NCBI GenBank assembly: GCA_963663895.2
Contig: CAXXRD010000003.1
Coordinates: 1-64,000, forward strand
DNA length: 64,000 nucleotides
Origin: Dehalococcoidia bacterium
GTDB taxonomy: Bacteria > Chloroflexota > Dehalococcoidia > Bin125
Direction of reading: 5' to 3'
Every line of letters starts with the position of its first letter. The first letter of the stretch is position 1. The translations under genes and the position numbers were made by a program. The notes beneath the pieces were generated by a model. The model saw nothing but the letters and a program-made list of their open reading frames with translations. It was not told the origin of the DNA and searched no databases. Positions 8,087 to 17,867 of this stretch are shown piece by piece.

Positions 8087-8896
8087 GTGACCTCGGCAAC
8101 CTCGCCCGCAACTCTAAATCTCAAGGCCGTGCAGGCCGGCTTGCGCACGCGTTGGCTCGGCCGTGAACTCGCCTACAAGCGCCGTACGACATCGACTATG
8201 GATGAGGGGCGCAAGGCGGCGCTCAGGGGCGCCGCCGCCGGTGCGCTCATCCTCGCGGAAGAGCAACACGCCGGGCGCGGCACCAAGGGCCGCGCCTGGG
8301 TCTCGCCTCCCGGGGAGAATTTGCATGCCACTGTTGTTCTGCGACCGCCCGCCGCCAAGCTCCAGCGCCTGAGTATGCTCACCGCCGTCGCGATCGCCAA
8401 CGCGGTTGAGCAGCTCTACGGTCTCTTTCCCCGGATCAAATGGCCCAATGATCTGCAGCTCGACGGGAAGAAGTTCGCGGGCATCCTCATTGAAGCGGAA
8501 TGGGAGGGAGCACGTCCGACCTTCGCGCTTCTAGGCATTGGTGTGGACGTCAACTTCGATCCATCCCCATATTCCCAAGAGTTGGCTCAGCCTGTTACCA
8601 GTCTCGCCATTGAGCGCGGCCGCGCCGTGCTGCGTGAGCCGCTGCTTTCCGCGCTGTGCAATGCCTTGGAGCGCGCCTACGACGGTGCCGAGAGCGACAC
8701 GCTCTTCAAGGGTTGGTGCTCCCGGCTCGACTCGCTGGGCCGCTCGCTCAGACTCCAGACGAGTGATGGCTTGATCGAGGGATTGGCCGAGGGCGTCGAG
8801 AAGGACGGCACGCTGTTGTTGCGCGTGGAATCCGGGACGCTCTTGCGAGTCACTGCTGCTGAGGTGATCGATTACGCCCCTGCTGCCGGCAGCTAG
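8087..8896 (+). CDS. birA: Biotin-[acetyl-CoA carboxylase] ligase, no N-terminal HTH
   Basis: TSTMD, AEEQHAGRG..GRAWVSP, IKWPNDL..GKKFAGIL motifs. Confidence 0.92.
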   Translation: MTSATSPATLNLKAVQAGLRTRWLGRELAYKRRTTSTMDEGRKAALRGAAAGALILAEEQHAGRGTKGRAWVSPPGENLHATVVLRPPAAKLQRLSMLTAVAIANAVEQLYGLFPRIKWPNDLQLDGKKFAGILIEAEWEGARPTFALLGIGVDVNFDPSPYSQELAQPVTSLAIERGRAVLREPLLSALCNALERAYDGAESDTLFKGWCSRLDSLGRSLRLQTSDGLIEGLAEGVEKDGTLLLRVESGTLLRVTAAEVIDYAPAAGS

Positions 8897-10530
8897 CGCT
8901 GTCCCTCTGGTCGTGGCTCAAGTGGGGGAGGAGGGTCGGCACTCCGCGGTTGTGGTTCATCGAGCGCCTCCACGATCAGGTGCAGTCCCTCGCTCGCGAC
9001 TACGCGCACCCGGATCCCTGCTGGGATCTCGCCGCCTCGGCTGCGTGCCGTCCACAACTCGGATCGGACGAGGACGGTGCCGGCGGGGTCGATAGCGGAT
9101 CGCGTTACCCCTTCCTTGCCTACCAATCCCCGCGCTGCGGGAGCCTCCGATACGCTCTCATCGCTCGGTTCGACGATCAGGCAAAGCTCCTCCACGCGGA
9201 GCACTTGCACACGCGTGTGCGCAGGAATGGGGGTTGCGGCACTACGCGCCGTCCACAGCTCGGATGAGATGAGGACGGTGCCTTCGGGGTCCAATGGGGA
9301 CTGCGTGATCCCTTCTCCTCCCACTACGCGTGCGGTCTGGTTGGGCTGAATCGCATGCGCACGGCGCGCCCCCAGCACTAGCAGATAGAGCCAAGCGAGG
9401 AGCAGCGCGATCGCGGCGGCGATGCCGGCCAGCACCCAGATCGAGACGCCTTCCGCATCGGGCGTGTCGGAGATCAGGAACAGCCCCCCCAAGATTAGTG
9501 AGACCGCGCCGCCGACACCGAAGGCCCCGAAGCCGGCGATGAGCGCCTCCGCTGCGAACAGGACGAACGCCATCAGCACCAGCGCGATCCCGGCCGGGTT
9601 GGTGTCGAGCGTGCCCAGTGAGAAGAACGCCAAGATCAGCGCGATAATGCCGAACGCGGCTACCGCACCGCTGCTGCCGAAGCCCGTGACCACTTCGATC
9701 ACCAGCGCGAGGCCGCCGAGGCTGAGTAGGAGGAAGGCGATATTCGGGTCGCTGAGTAAGGCCAGCACGTTCTCCAAGAGATTCATGTTCGTCTCGACGC
9801 GCGGCGCTTCAGCGCTCTGCACCCTCACACGCGGCCGTCCCGGTCCTAGCTCCACCACCCACCCATCGACCTGCGCCAAGAGGTCGTCGCGGCTACTGGC
9901 TACCAGATCGATCACGTTGAGCGCGAGCGCCTCGCTCGCCGTGGCGGAGACGGCCTCGCGGACGGCGCGTTCGGCCCAATCGGCGTTACGGCCGCGGAGC
10001 TCCGCGATTCCCCGGATATCGGCAGCCGTATCGTTCTTCACCTTGGCGCCTAGATCGCCCTCGATCTCCTCGCCTCCGCTGCCCACCGGCGTGGCCGCGC
10101 CGATCTGTGTGCTCGGCGCCATCGCGGCGATATGGGCCGCCATTGTGATGAATGTCCCCGCAGACGCCGCTTGCGCGCCGAGTGGGCTGACGTAGACCGC
10201 AACGGGGACCTCCGCTGCCTCAAAGCGCTGGACGATATCATCGGTGGCGGTCACAAGGCCCCCTGGAGTGTCGAGCAGGAGCACCCAAAGTGTGGCTGCG
10301 CTCTTCTCGGCTCGGTCCAGCGCGCGATCGATGAAGTCGGCCGTGACGGGGGTGATGCTGCCGTCCACGGTGCTGATGTGGACGGCGCCGGCCGGCGCAT
10401 CGTCGCTACTGCAGGCCAGCGCGATTAGACCGCCGAGCAGTAGCACGATCGCGGCCAAGCGGCGCCCGCCTGCTCTTCCAGAGCTCAGGATTTTCGGCCG
10501 GACGGTCCTACTGATCAGCGAGTGCCACAT
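8893..10530 (-). CDS. nfeD: NfeD-family membrane-bound serine protease with a duplicated C-terminal OB domain
   Basis: LDTPGG, AASAGTFI and IGAATPV ClpP-like domain; transmembrane region; two G.EG.T...DP.GTVL..SELWTARS repeats. Confidence 0.88.
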   Translation of the reverse strand: MWHSLISRTVRPKILSSGRAGGRRLAAIVLLLGGLIALACSSDDAPAGAVHISTVDGSITPVTADFIDRALDRAEKSAATLWVLLLDTPGGLVTATDDIVQRFEAAEVPVAVYVSPLGAQAASAGTFITMAAHIAAMAPSTQIGAATPVGSGGEEIEGDLGAKVKNDTAADIRGIAELRGRNADWAERAVREAVSATASEALALNVIDLVASSRDDLLAQVDGWVVELGPGRPRVRVQSAEAPRVETNMNLLENVLALLSDPNIAFLLLSLGGLALVIEVVTGFGSSGAVAAFGIIALILAFFSLGTLDTNPAGIALVLMAFVLFAAEALIAGFGAFGVGGAVSLILGGLFLISDTPDAEGVSIWVLAGIAAAIALLLAWLYLLVLGARRAHAIQPNQTARVVGGEGITQSPLDPEGTVLISSELWTARSAATPIPAHTRVQVLRVEELCLIVEPSDESVSEAPAARGLVGKEGVTRSAIDPAGTVLVRSELWTARSRGGEIPAGIRVRVVASEGLHLIVEALDEPQPRSADPPPPLEPRPEGQR

Positions 10531-10605
10531 CGTTCGCGCTCCTTGATTATATGGATACGCGCACGCTGGTAGGCTCCAAGCCTCGGTACACTGAGGACTG
10601 GACCG

Positions 10606-11364
10606 ATGCCCCCACTTGTCAGTCACATGATCGCCGCCCGTCGCGCTGCTGCACAGCTGCGCGACGGTGCCTTGCGCGGATCGGCGGGCGCCTACGTCCT
10701 CGGCGCAACCTCCCCAGACGTGCGGGTCATGACGCGTTGGGATCGCGACCGCACGCATTTCTTCGATCTCGATAACTTTGGCCATCAGGACAGCGTCGCG
10801 GGCTTTTTTGCAGCCTGTCCCGGTCTACAAGAGCCTGCCGACCTGAATACGGAAACGCGTGCCTGGACCTGTGGCTTTCTCACCCATCTGATCATGGATG
10901 AACACTACATCCACACCATCTACCGGCCGCACTTCGGTCTGCGCTCTCCTCTCGGGGGCAGCGACCGGGCCAATCTCTTGGACCGGGTGCTGCAATACGA
11001 ATTGGATCGGCGAGAGCGAGAGGATCGCGCGCTCATGGCGGAGCTGTATGGCCAGCTACGGGAAGGATCGTTTGCAATCGAATGCGACCTGATCGATCGT
11101 CCAACGCTGGAGAAGTGGCGTGATGTGAGCGCCGAGATCACCCAGAGCCCGCCCGATTGGGAGGCCTTCGGGAAAGTCGCCGCGCGGCATCTGCGCGATG
11201 CGCGAATCGACACCCCCGAAACTTTCCGTGACTTCCTCGAACAGACGCCGGAGCTTTTGCAAGAAGCGCTGCGCAGCGTGGATACCGCCTCTGTTGAGTC
11301 GTTCTTTGAAGACGTGACGGAACGCGCGGTAGCCTGCCTGCGTGACTACCTCGCCACGTCCTGA
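10606..11364 (+). CDS. Zinc-dependent phospholipase C/P1 nuclease-fold family protein
   Basis: MP...SH, YVLGATSPD, THF and GFLTHLIMD motifs. Confidence 0.72.
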   Translation: MPPLVSHMIAARRAAAQLRDGALRGSAGAYVLGATSPDVRVMTRWDRDRTHFFDLDNFGHQDSVAGFFAACPGLQEPADLNTETRAWTCGFLTHLIMDEHYIHTIYRPHFGLRSPLGGSDRANLLDRVLQYELDRREREDRALMAELYGQLREGSFAIECDLIDRPTLEKWRDVSAEITQSPPDWEAFGKVAARHLRDARIDTPETFRDFLEQTPELLQEALRSVDTASVESFFEDVTERAVACLRDYLATS

Positions 11365-12733
11365 ATCGGTGCCGGAGGCGGCCGTTCAAGCGTTGCCGAT
11401 CGTGCGAGGCGCGGCGGCGGCGCGCGCCTCTCTGCTGCAGCGCCTTCCGCTGGAAGAGACGCCCATCTCCCCCACGATGGCTGGCACGCTGCGACGCGTA
11501 CTCGGCCGGGATGAGCGCGATCGCGACCTCCGGCCGGAAGAGGCGGTGCGCCGCATCATCGCCGCCGTCCGCGGCGAGGGCGACGCCGCCCTGCGCCGTT
11601 TCGCTGAAGCGATCGAGGGCTCGGCGCCGGCCGAATGGCTTGTCTCCGATGCGGAAATGCGCGCGGCGCGAGACGCCGTTGACCCAGAGACCTTGCAGGC
11701 ACTGCAGCTCGCTGCCGAACAGGTGCGCCGCTTCCATGAACGGCAGATGGCTCACGCCGTACGATCGTTTCTGGAGGACGGTCAAGGACAGCGGGTACGG
11801 CCCTTGCGGCGCGTAGGACTCTACGTGCCTGGCGTCGCGGTCGTGTACCCGTCGACGGTGCTGCACACGGCGATTCCGGCCCGTGTCGCGGGAGTCGAGG
11901 ACGTCTGCATCGCCAGTCCCGCCGACTCCACCGGTGCGGTGTCGCCGCTCAAGCTCGTAGCAGCGGAGATCGCAGGTGTGCGAACGGTCTACAAAGTCGG
12001 CGGCGCGCAGGCGATCGCGGCCTTGGCCTACGGGACGGAATCGATTCCCGCGGTCGACAAGATCTTTGGCCCGGGCAATATCTTCGTGACGCTCGCCAAA
12101 CGCCAAGTCTTCGGTGATGTTGGCATCGACGCGCTCTACGGTCCTACAGAGACATTGATCGTCGCGGACCACAGCGCTGACCCCGAGCTCTGTTCGGCCG
12201 ACCTCCTTGCGCAAGCTGAGCACGACGAACTGGCCTGTCCGATTCTGATCACTCCGTCCGAGCAGCTTGCCGAAGCGGTGGCACGCATCGTGCCCGAGCG
12301 CGCTCGCACAATGGAACGCGGCGCGATCGCGCTGGCCGCCTTCCAAAATCGCGGCGGTATCGTGCTCGCTGAGGACGTAGAGACCGCGCTCACCCTCGCG
12401 GACGAATTCGCACCGGAGCACATGGCCCTGCAAGTGGAAGCCGCCGAGCGGCGTGCCGAGCGGATCGCGAACGCGGGCGGTCTCTTCATCGGTGAGGCCT
12501 CGCCGGAGGCCTTGGCCGATTATGCGGCTGGTCCCAGCCACGTCATGCCGACCGGTGGGAGCGCACGCTACGCCTCGCCGCTCACGGTGAACGACTTCCT
12601 CAAGATCACGACGCTGGTCCACGTCTCTGAGAACACACTGCGGGAGATCGGCCCCATCGCCGAGCGCATCGCTGAAGCGGAAGGGCTGGGTGGCCACGCT
12701 CGCTCGCTGGCGATTCGACGGCGCGACCGCTGA
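11342..12733 (+). CDS. hisD: Histidinol dehydrogenase
   Basis: GLYVPG, GGAQAIAALAYG, GPGNIFV, DLLAQAEHD, APEH and GPSHVMPTGG. Confidence 0.96.
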   Translation: MTTSPRPESVPEAAVQALPIVRGAAAARASLLQRLPLEETPISPTMAGTLRRVLGRDERDRDLRPEEAVRRIIAAVRGEGDAALRRFAEAIEGSAPAEWLVSDAEMRAARDAVDPETLQALQLAAEQVRRFHERQMAHAVRSFLEDGQGQRVRPLRRVGLYVPGVAVVYPSTVLHTAIPARVAGVEDVCIASPADSTGAVSPLKLVAAEIAGVRTVYKVGGAQAIAALAYGTESIPAVDKIFGPGNIFVTLAKRQVFGDVGIDALYGPTETLIVADHSADPELCSADLLAQAEHDELACPILITPSEQLAEAVARIVPERARTMERGAIALAAFQNRGGIVLAEDVETALTLADEFAPEHMALQVEAAERRAERIANAGGLFIGEASPEALADYAAGPSHVMPTGGSARYASPLTVNDFLKITTLVHVSENTLREIGPIAERIAEAEGLGGHARSLAIRRRDR

Positions 12734-12747
12734 GTACCGTAACCGTC

Positions 12748-13863
12748 ATGGCTGACCAACTGCCGCCCATCCGCCCGGACCTGCTTGACCTTCCCGGCTA
12801 CGAGCCCGTGCAGCCGCTCGAGGATCTGGCGCTGGTCGCGGGTCTGGCGTCGACGGATCTGCTCAAGCTCGACGCCAATGAGAATCCCTTCGGTCCCCTG
12901 CCCGTAGTCCCGGAGATGCTTGCACGGCTTCCCGGCTACGAGCGCTATCCAGACCCAATGCAGGGACGTCTGCGTCAGACGATTGCGGACTACGTGGAGA
13001 TGCCCCCGGATCGGATCGTTGCTGGGGCGGGATCGGACGAGTTGATCGATCTCTGCTTTCGCTGTCTCGTATCGCCTGGACAGTCGATCATTAGCTGTCC
13101 GCCCACCTTTGGTATGTATCGCTTCTCTGCCGACTTGGCTGGCATCCCGATCGTGGAGGTTGAGCGGCGCGAAGACTGGCACGTGGATGCCGAGGCAGTG
13201 CAGGCGGCGATCACACCCGCGACAGCCCTGATCGTGCTGGCCTCACCCAATAACCCCACCGGCAATGCGCTGGACAGAACGGAGTTTGCGGCGCTGCTCG
13301 CCACTGGAGTGCCGCTGCTCGTCGATGAGGCCTACGCGGAGTTCGCCGGCCACTCGCTGGTGCGCGAACTCAGGCGGCATCCGCAGCTCATGCTGCTGCG
13401 CACCTTCAGCAAGTGGGCCGGGCTGGCGGGCCTGCGGGTGGGATTCGGCATCTTCCCGGAACCCGTTGCTCGGCTGCTGCTCAAAGCCAAGCCGCCCTAC
13501 AACATCAACGTTGCGGGCGAGGCGGCTGTGGTTGCGTCGCTGCAGAGCCGCGCGCTACTGGATGAGCGCGTGCGCAAGATCGTCGAGACACGGACGATCC
13601 TCATGGAGCGGCTGCGGACCCTGTCCTGGCTGGAGCCCTACCCTTCCGATGCCAACTTCATTCTCTGTCGCGTTCGGGACGGCGACGGACGGACGCTCAA
13701 GGAGGCGCTGGCCAAGCGTGGCGTCTTCGTGCGCTACTTCGACCTCCCGCGTCTGCGGGACTGCGTGCGCCTCTCCATCCCACGGCCAGATCAGGTCGCG
13801 ACCCTCATTGAGCGACTTGAGGTTGTCGGCACGGACTTGTACGCGCGCAGAAGGTCCACGTAA
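12748..13863 (+). CDS. hisC: Histidinol-phosphate aminotransferase
   Basis: KLDANENP, GSDELID, SPNNPTG, DEAY and RTFSKWAGLAGLRVG. Confidence 0.95.
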   Translation: MADQLPPIRPDLLDLPGYEPVQPLEDLALVAGLASTDLLKLDANENPFGPLPVVPEMLARLPGYERYPDPMQGRLRQTIADYVEMPPDRIVAGAGSDELIDLCFRCLVSPGQSIISCPPTFGMYRFSADLAGIPIVEVERREDWHVDAEAVQAAITPATALIVLASPNNPTGNALDRTEFAALLATGVPLLVDEAYAEFAGHSLVRELRRHPQLMLLRTFSKWAGLAGLRVGFGIFPEPVARLLLKAKPPYNINVAGEAAVVASLQSRALLDERVRKIVETRTILMERLRTLSWLEPYPSDANFILCRVRDGDGRTLKEALAKRGVFVRYFDLPRLRDCVRLSIPRPDQVATLIERLEVVGTDLYARRRST

Positions 13864-13910
13864 AGAGGGCGCTGGCTTGGGCTGCCGCTCGGTGCCAGAG
13901 TGGACGGGTC

Positions 13911-14501
13911 ATGCGGGAAGGCGTTATCCACCGACGGACCAACGAGACCGTTGTCGAGTGCCGGCTGAACCTCGACGGATCGGGCGGCTTCGATGTCGCG
14001 ACCGGAATCGGCATGCTCGACCACCTGCTCGAGCAGCTGGCGAAGCATGGCGCGTTTGACCTCCGGCTGCGTGCCGAGGGCGATTTGGAACGTGACGCGC
14101 ACCATACAGTGGAAGATGTAGGGTTGGCGCTGGGCAAGGCGCTCGACCAGGCCCTAGCCGACCGCGCCGGCATCGCGCGCATGGCCGACCGCACCGTTCC
14201 CCTGGACGAAGCTCTGATCCACGTCGCCATAGACCTGAGTGGACGGCCCTATGCCGCCGTCAACTTGCAGTTCGTGGGAACGATGATGGGTGAGCTGCCC
14301 ACGCAACTCGTGACACATTGCCTGGAATCGATCGCGCAGGAGGGGCGGCTGGCATTGCACGTGCGCCAGTTAGGTGGCGAGAACGACCATCACATTGCCG
14401 AAGCTTGCTTCAAGGCCCTCGCCCGCGCTCTGCGCGACGCCGTCACTGTGGCCGAAGCGGAGTCCTTGGTTCCCAGTACGAAGGGCACTCTGACGCACTA
14501 G
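13911..14501 (+). CDS. hisB: Imidazoleglycerol-phosphate dehydratase
   Basis: RRTNET, LDHLL, HHTVEDVG and NDHHIAEACFK. Confidence 0.96.
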   Translation: MREGVIHRRTNETVVECRLNLDGSGGFDVATGIGMLDHLLEQLAKHGAFDLRLRAEGDLERDAHHTVEDVGLALGKALDQALADRAGIARMADRTVPLDEALIHVAIDLSGRPYAAVNLQFVGTMMGELPTQLVTHCLESIAQEGRLALHVRQLGGENDHHIAEACFKALARALRDAVTVAEAESLVPSTKGTLTH

Positions 14502-14761
14502 CGCTTGTCAACCTGCTCGACCTCCACGCGGTAGTCCTCGATCACTGGATTGGCCAGCAACTTGTCGCACATGACCTCGGCGCGCTGAGCAGCGGTCTCC
14601 CCGTCGGCCGCCTCCAGCCAGATCTCGATGTACTTGCCGGCGCGCAGATCCGTGATCTCTTCGAAGCCAAGCTCGCTCAGTGCGCCTTTGATCGTGAGGC
14701 CTTCGGGGTCGTTAACCGTCCGCCTGAGCGTCACATAGACGTCGGCTTTGAAGCGCGCCAT
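14498..14761 (-). CDS. purS: FGAM synthase subunit PurS
   Basis: DPEG.TI..AL, RAGKYI and LLANPVIEDY; ATG at 14761. Confidence 0.93.
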   Translation of the reverse strand: MARFKADVYVTLRRTVNDPEGLTIKGALSELGFEEITDLRAGKYIEIWLEAADGETAAQRAEVMCDKLLANPVIEDYRVEVEQVDKR

Positions 14762-14769
14762 CGCCTTGC

Positions 14770-15705
14770 TCAAACCTCCGGGCGCAGGAGTTCGCGCTCG
14801 GTGATGCGCTGGAAGGCCTCTAGGTACCGCGTCTGCAGCAAGCTCACCACCTCGGGTGGCAGCGTCGGTGGGGGCGGCTCCTTGTTCCACCCACTCTGTG
14901 TGAGCCAGTCGCGCAGCGGCTGCTTGTCGTAGGACGGCTGCGGACCGCCAGGCTTATAGATCGCGATCTCCCAGAAACGCGACGAGTCCGGTGTGAGCGC
15001 TTCGTCGATCAAGATCGCTTCCCGATCACCGTCCTCGTTCTCCACTAGGCCGAATTCGAACTTGGTGTCGGCAATGATGAAGCCGGACTGTCGCGCTCGG
15101 GCGGCACCGTAGGCATAGAGCGCCAGCGACCGTAGCCGCACGACATTCGCCACATCCCTGCCGACGATCGCTTCTGCCTGCTCGTACGTGATGTTCTCGT
15201 CGTGACCCTCGTCCGCCTTGGTCGAAGGGGTGAAGATCGGCTCCGGCAGCGCCTGCGATTCCTCTAAGCCAGGGGGGAGCGTGATGCCGCAGATGCGGCC
15301 GCTTGTTTGGTATGCGGCCCAACCACTGCCGGAGACCGCCCCCCGCACGATCGCCTCCAGCATCACCGGTTCGGCCTTGCGCACGAGCATCGTCCGGCCG
15401 ATGTACTCGGGCCCCAGTTCCACGGGCAAGTCCGGGTTCTCGGTCGAATCGATCACCCGGATCATGTGGTTCGGCACCACCGCCTGTGTCTCCTCAAACC
15501 AGAACGCCGACATCTGAGTCAACACCCGGCCCTTGTCCGGGATCCCGTTAGGCAGCACGATGTCGAAGGCGGAGACTCGATCACTCGCGACCAGCAGCAG
15601 CCGATCCCCCAGGTCATAGATATCGCGCACCTTGCCCTGCCTCTTCGACAACGGCAGGTCGCTTTGCATGAGCACGTCACTCGCAACGTGCGTCGTCCCG
15701 CTCAT
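14770..15705 (-). CDS. purC: SAICAR synthetase
   Basis: GKVRDIY, SDRVSAFD, TPSTKA, ADTKFEFG, TPDSSRFW and DKQ. Confidence 0.96.
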   Translation of the reverse strand: MSGTTHVASDVLMQSDLPLSKRQGKVRDIYDLGDRLLLVASDRVSAFDIVLPNGIPDKGRVLTQMSAFWFEETQAVVPNHMIRVIDSTENPDLPVELGPEYIGRTMLVRKAEPVMLEAIVRGAVSGSGWAAYQTSGRICGITLPPGLEESQALPEPIFTPSTKADEGHDENITYEQAEAIVGRDVANVVRLRSLALYAYGAARARQSGFIIADTKFEFGLVENEDGDREAILIDEALTPDSSRFWEIAIYKPGGPQPSYDKQPLRDWLTQSGWNKEPPPPTLPPEVVSLLQTRYLEAFQRITERELLRPEV

Positions 15706-15723
15706 CGCAGCCTCCTTACGGGC

Positions 15724-17016
15724 TTAGAGCCCGAGTCGCGCGAACGTTTCGTCGACATGGCGCAGGTAGTAAGCAGGGTTGAAGCACTCCTCTAGCGCAT
15801 CCTCGCCGAGATGCTGCTGGACGGTCTGATCGGCCGAGAGGAGGTCGAGCAAGGGGATGTTGCTTCTCCAAGTCTGCATGGCATGGCGCTGGACGAGTGC
15901 GTAAGCCTCTTCGCGCTGCATTCCCGCCTCGACTAGCGCCAGCAGTACGCGCTGCGAGTAGAGGAGCCCCCCGGCACCGTCCAGGTTCTCACGCATGCGT
16001 TCCGGGAAGACCACCAAGTTCTCCATTACCCAGGTGAACAGATCCAGCATGTAGTCCAGCAAGCCACAGGCATCCGGGAAGATCAGACGCTCCGTGCTGG
16101 AGTGGCTGATGTCTCGCTCATGCCAGAGAGCGACGTTCTCGAAGGCGGTGGTCGCGTGGCCGCGTAGAACGCGCGCCAAACCACAGATGCGCTCGCACTT
16201 TTCGGGGTTGCGCTTGTGCGGCATCGCGGAAGAGCCTGTCTGCCCTGGCAGAAAAGGCTCCTCGACTTCGCGCACCTCGGTGCGCTGCAAATGCCGGATC
16301 TCCATGGCGAACTTTTCCAGCGATGCCGCAATCAGCGCCAGCGTACTCACAAACTGGGCATGTCGATCACGCTGGATGATCTGATTCGCTGCTGCCGCGG
16401 GCGTCAGACGGAGTCGCGCACAGACCTTTTCCTCAACCGCGGGCGGCACAGTGGCGTGCGTCCCGACGGCCCCGCTCAGCTTTCCGACAGAAATCATCCG
16501 CTTTGCTTCAGCCAGTCGCGTCTGGTGACGCCGCACCTCGGCGACCCAGATCAGCAGCTTTAATCCGAAGGTTGTGGGTTCGGCATGAACGCCGTGGGTT
16601 CGTCCCACCATCAGTGTGCGCTTGTGTGTCTGGGCGCGGGCCTCCAGCACGGCGAGCAGTCGCTCGAGCTCGCGCTCCAGCAAGGTGGCCGCGTCGCGCA
16701 GCTGGAGCGCCGTGGCAGTATCCCAGACATCGGAGGAAGTCAGTCCCAAGTGCACCCAGCGGCCTGCCTCGCCCACGTGGTCATTGACGGAGCGTAGGAA
16801 AGCCGTCATCTCGTGGTGGGTCTCGGCTTGGTAGCGATCGATGTCATCGAGCTTGAAAGCCGCCTTGGCCGCTATGGCATCGGTTTCCCCGTGGGGAATG
16901 ACTCCCGCGTCCGCCCAGGCCTGCACGGCTGCCACTTCAACTTGAAGCCAGCGGTCGTACTTTGCTTGGTCCGTCCAGAGTGCGGCCATCTCGGGCCGCG
17001 AGTAGCGCGGGATCAT
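15724..17016 (-). CDS. purB: Adenylosuccinate lyase
   Basis: MIPRYSRPEM start, GRTHGVHAEP, GSSAMPHKRNP and HERDISHSS. Confidence 0.96.
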   Translation of the reverse strand: MIPRYSRPEMAALWTDQAKYDRWLQVEVAAVQAWADAGVIPHGETDAIAAKAAFKLDDIDRYQAETHHEMTAFLRSVNDHVGEAGRWVHLGLTSSDVWDTATALQLRDAATLLERELERLLAVLEARAQTHKRTLMVGRTHGVHAEPTTFGLKLLIWVAEVRRHQTRLAEAKRMISVGKLSGAVGTHATVPPAVEEKVCARLRLTPAAAANQIIQRDRHAQFVSTLALIAASLEKFAMEIRHLQRTEVREVEEPFLPGQTGSSAMPHKRNPEKCERICGLARVLRGHATTAFENVALWHERDISHSSTERLIFPDACGLLDYMLDLFTWVMENLVVFPERMRENLDGAGGLLYSQRVLLALVEAGMQREEAYALVQRHAMQTWRSNIPLLDLLSADQTVQQHLGEDALEECFNPAYYLRHVDETFARLGL

Positions 17017-17044
17017 GCCTACACCTGCCGCGTTGCAGCCTGCA

Positions 17045-17380
17045 TCAGTCGAGGTACTCCTCGCGGACTGGGGAGAAGACGTCAATGGCCACGGAATCCT
17101 CTAGCGCCGTAACCTCGTGCGGTAGGCCGCCGGGGATGACCCAAGAGTCTCCTTGCTTAATCTCCCGTTGCAGCTTGCCGATCGTAAAGAGAACCCGGCC
17201 CGAGGCGAGATAGCCGATCTGCTCGTGCGGGTGATCGTGTAGCGGCACCACCCCCCCTTGCTTGATCGTCACCTCGTGCAACGACGTCCGGTCTCCGTGG
17301 TTAAGCGTGCGACGCGTGACTTTGTCGACCATGACCACGTCGCGCACGGCGTCGCGGTCTTGCAGATTGGCATCAGCCAT
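17045..17380 (-). CDS. Cupin domain protein
   Basis: VPLHDHPHEQIGY...IPGGLPH...DVFSPVRE. Confidence 0.88.
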   Translation of the reverse strand: MADANLQDRDAVRDVVMVDKVTRRTLNHGDRTSLHEVTIKQGGVVPLHDHPHEQIGYLASGRVLFTIGKLQREIKQGDSWVIPGGLPHEVTALEDSVAIDVFSPVREEYLD

Positions 17381-17391
17381 CAGCTTCTCCC

Positions 17392-17853
17392 TTATCCGCT
17401 TTCTGATAAGCGGCGGCGAAACGCGCGGTAGCGCTCACGAATGGCGGCGTGATGCAGCGCCAAGATCTCCACGGCGAGGTAGCCGGCGTTGCGCGCGCCC
17501 CAGTCGCCCACGGCCACCGTGGCCACGGGGACCCGCGGCGGCATCTGCAAAATGCTCAGCAGCGCATCGACTCCGTGCAGCTCGCTTGATGCGAGCGGCA
17601 CGCCGATCACCGGCAGCCTGGAGTGCGATTTGACGACGCCGGGAAGCGCCGCCGCTCCACCTGCGGCGGCGATGATCACCTCGTATCCGGCCTCCTCGGC
17701 CCCCACGACGAATGCGCGCAGCGCATCCGGTGTGCGGTGGGCGGAGAGTACGTGGCTGGTGTGCTCCACCTCGAATTCGGTCAGCACCTTGCTGGTTGCG
17801 GCCATGACGGCCCGGTCGGATTCACTGCCCATCACGATCGCGACAAGAGCCAT
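17392..17853 (-). CDS. purE: N5-CAIR mutase
   Basis: IVMGSESD, SAHRTP, LPVIGVP and QMP..VPVATV. Confidence 0.95.
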   Translation of the reverse strand: MALVAIVMGSESDRAVMAATSKVLTEFEVEHTSHVLSAHRTPDALRAFVVGAEEAGYEVIIAAAGGAAALPGVVKSHSRLPVIGVPLASSELHGVDALLSILQMPPRVPVATVAVGDWGARNAGYLAVEILALHHAAIRERYRAFRRRLSESG

Positions 17854-17867
17854 GAGACGTATCCGAT

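Noticed and set aside
6495-8896. Calling the aminotransferase bioA because it is near birA
   Set aside because: The motifs do not distinguish BioA from other class III enzymes, no bioB/D/F is present, and a terminator separates the genes.
4895-12697. Long antisense ORFs (4895-6586, 6792-7859, 11138-12697) and similar ones elsewhere
   Set aside because: They mirror well-supported genes in high-GC DNA and carry no recognisable motifs.
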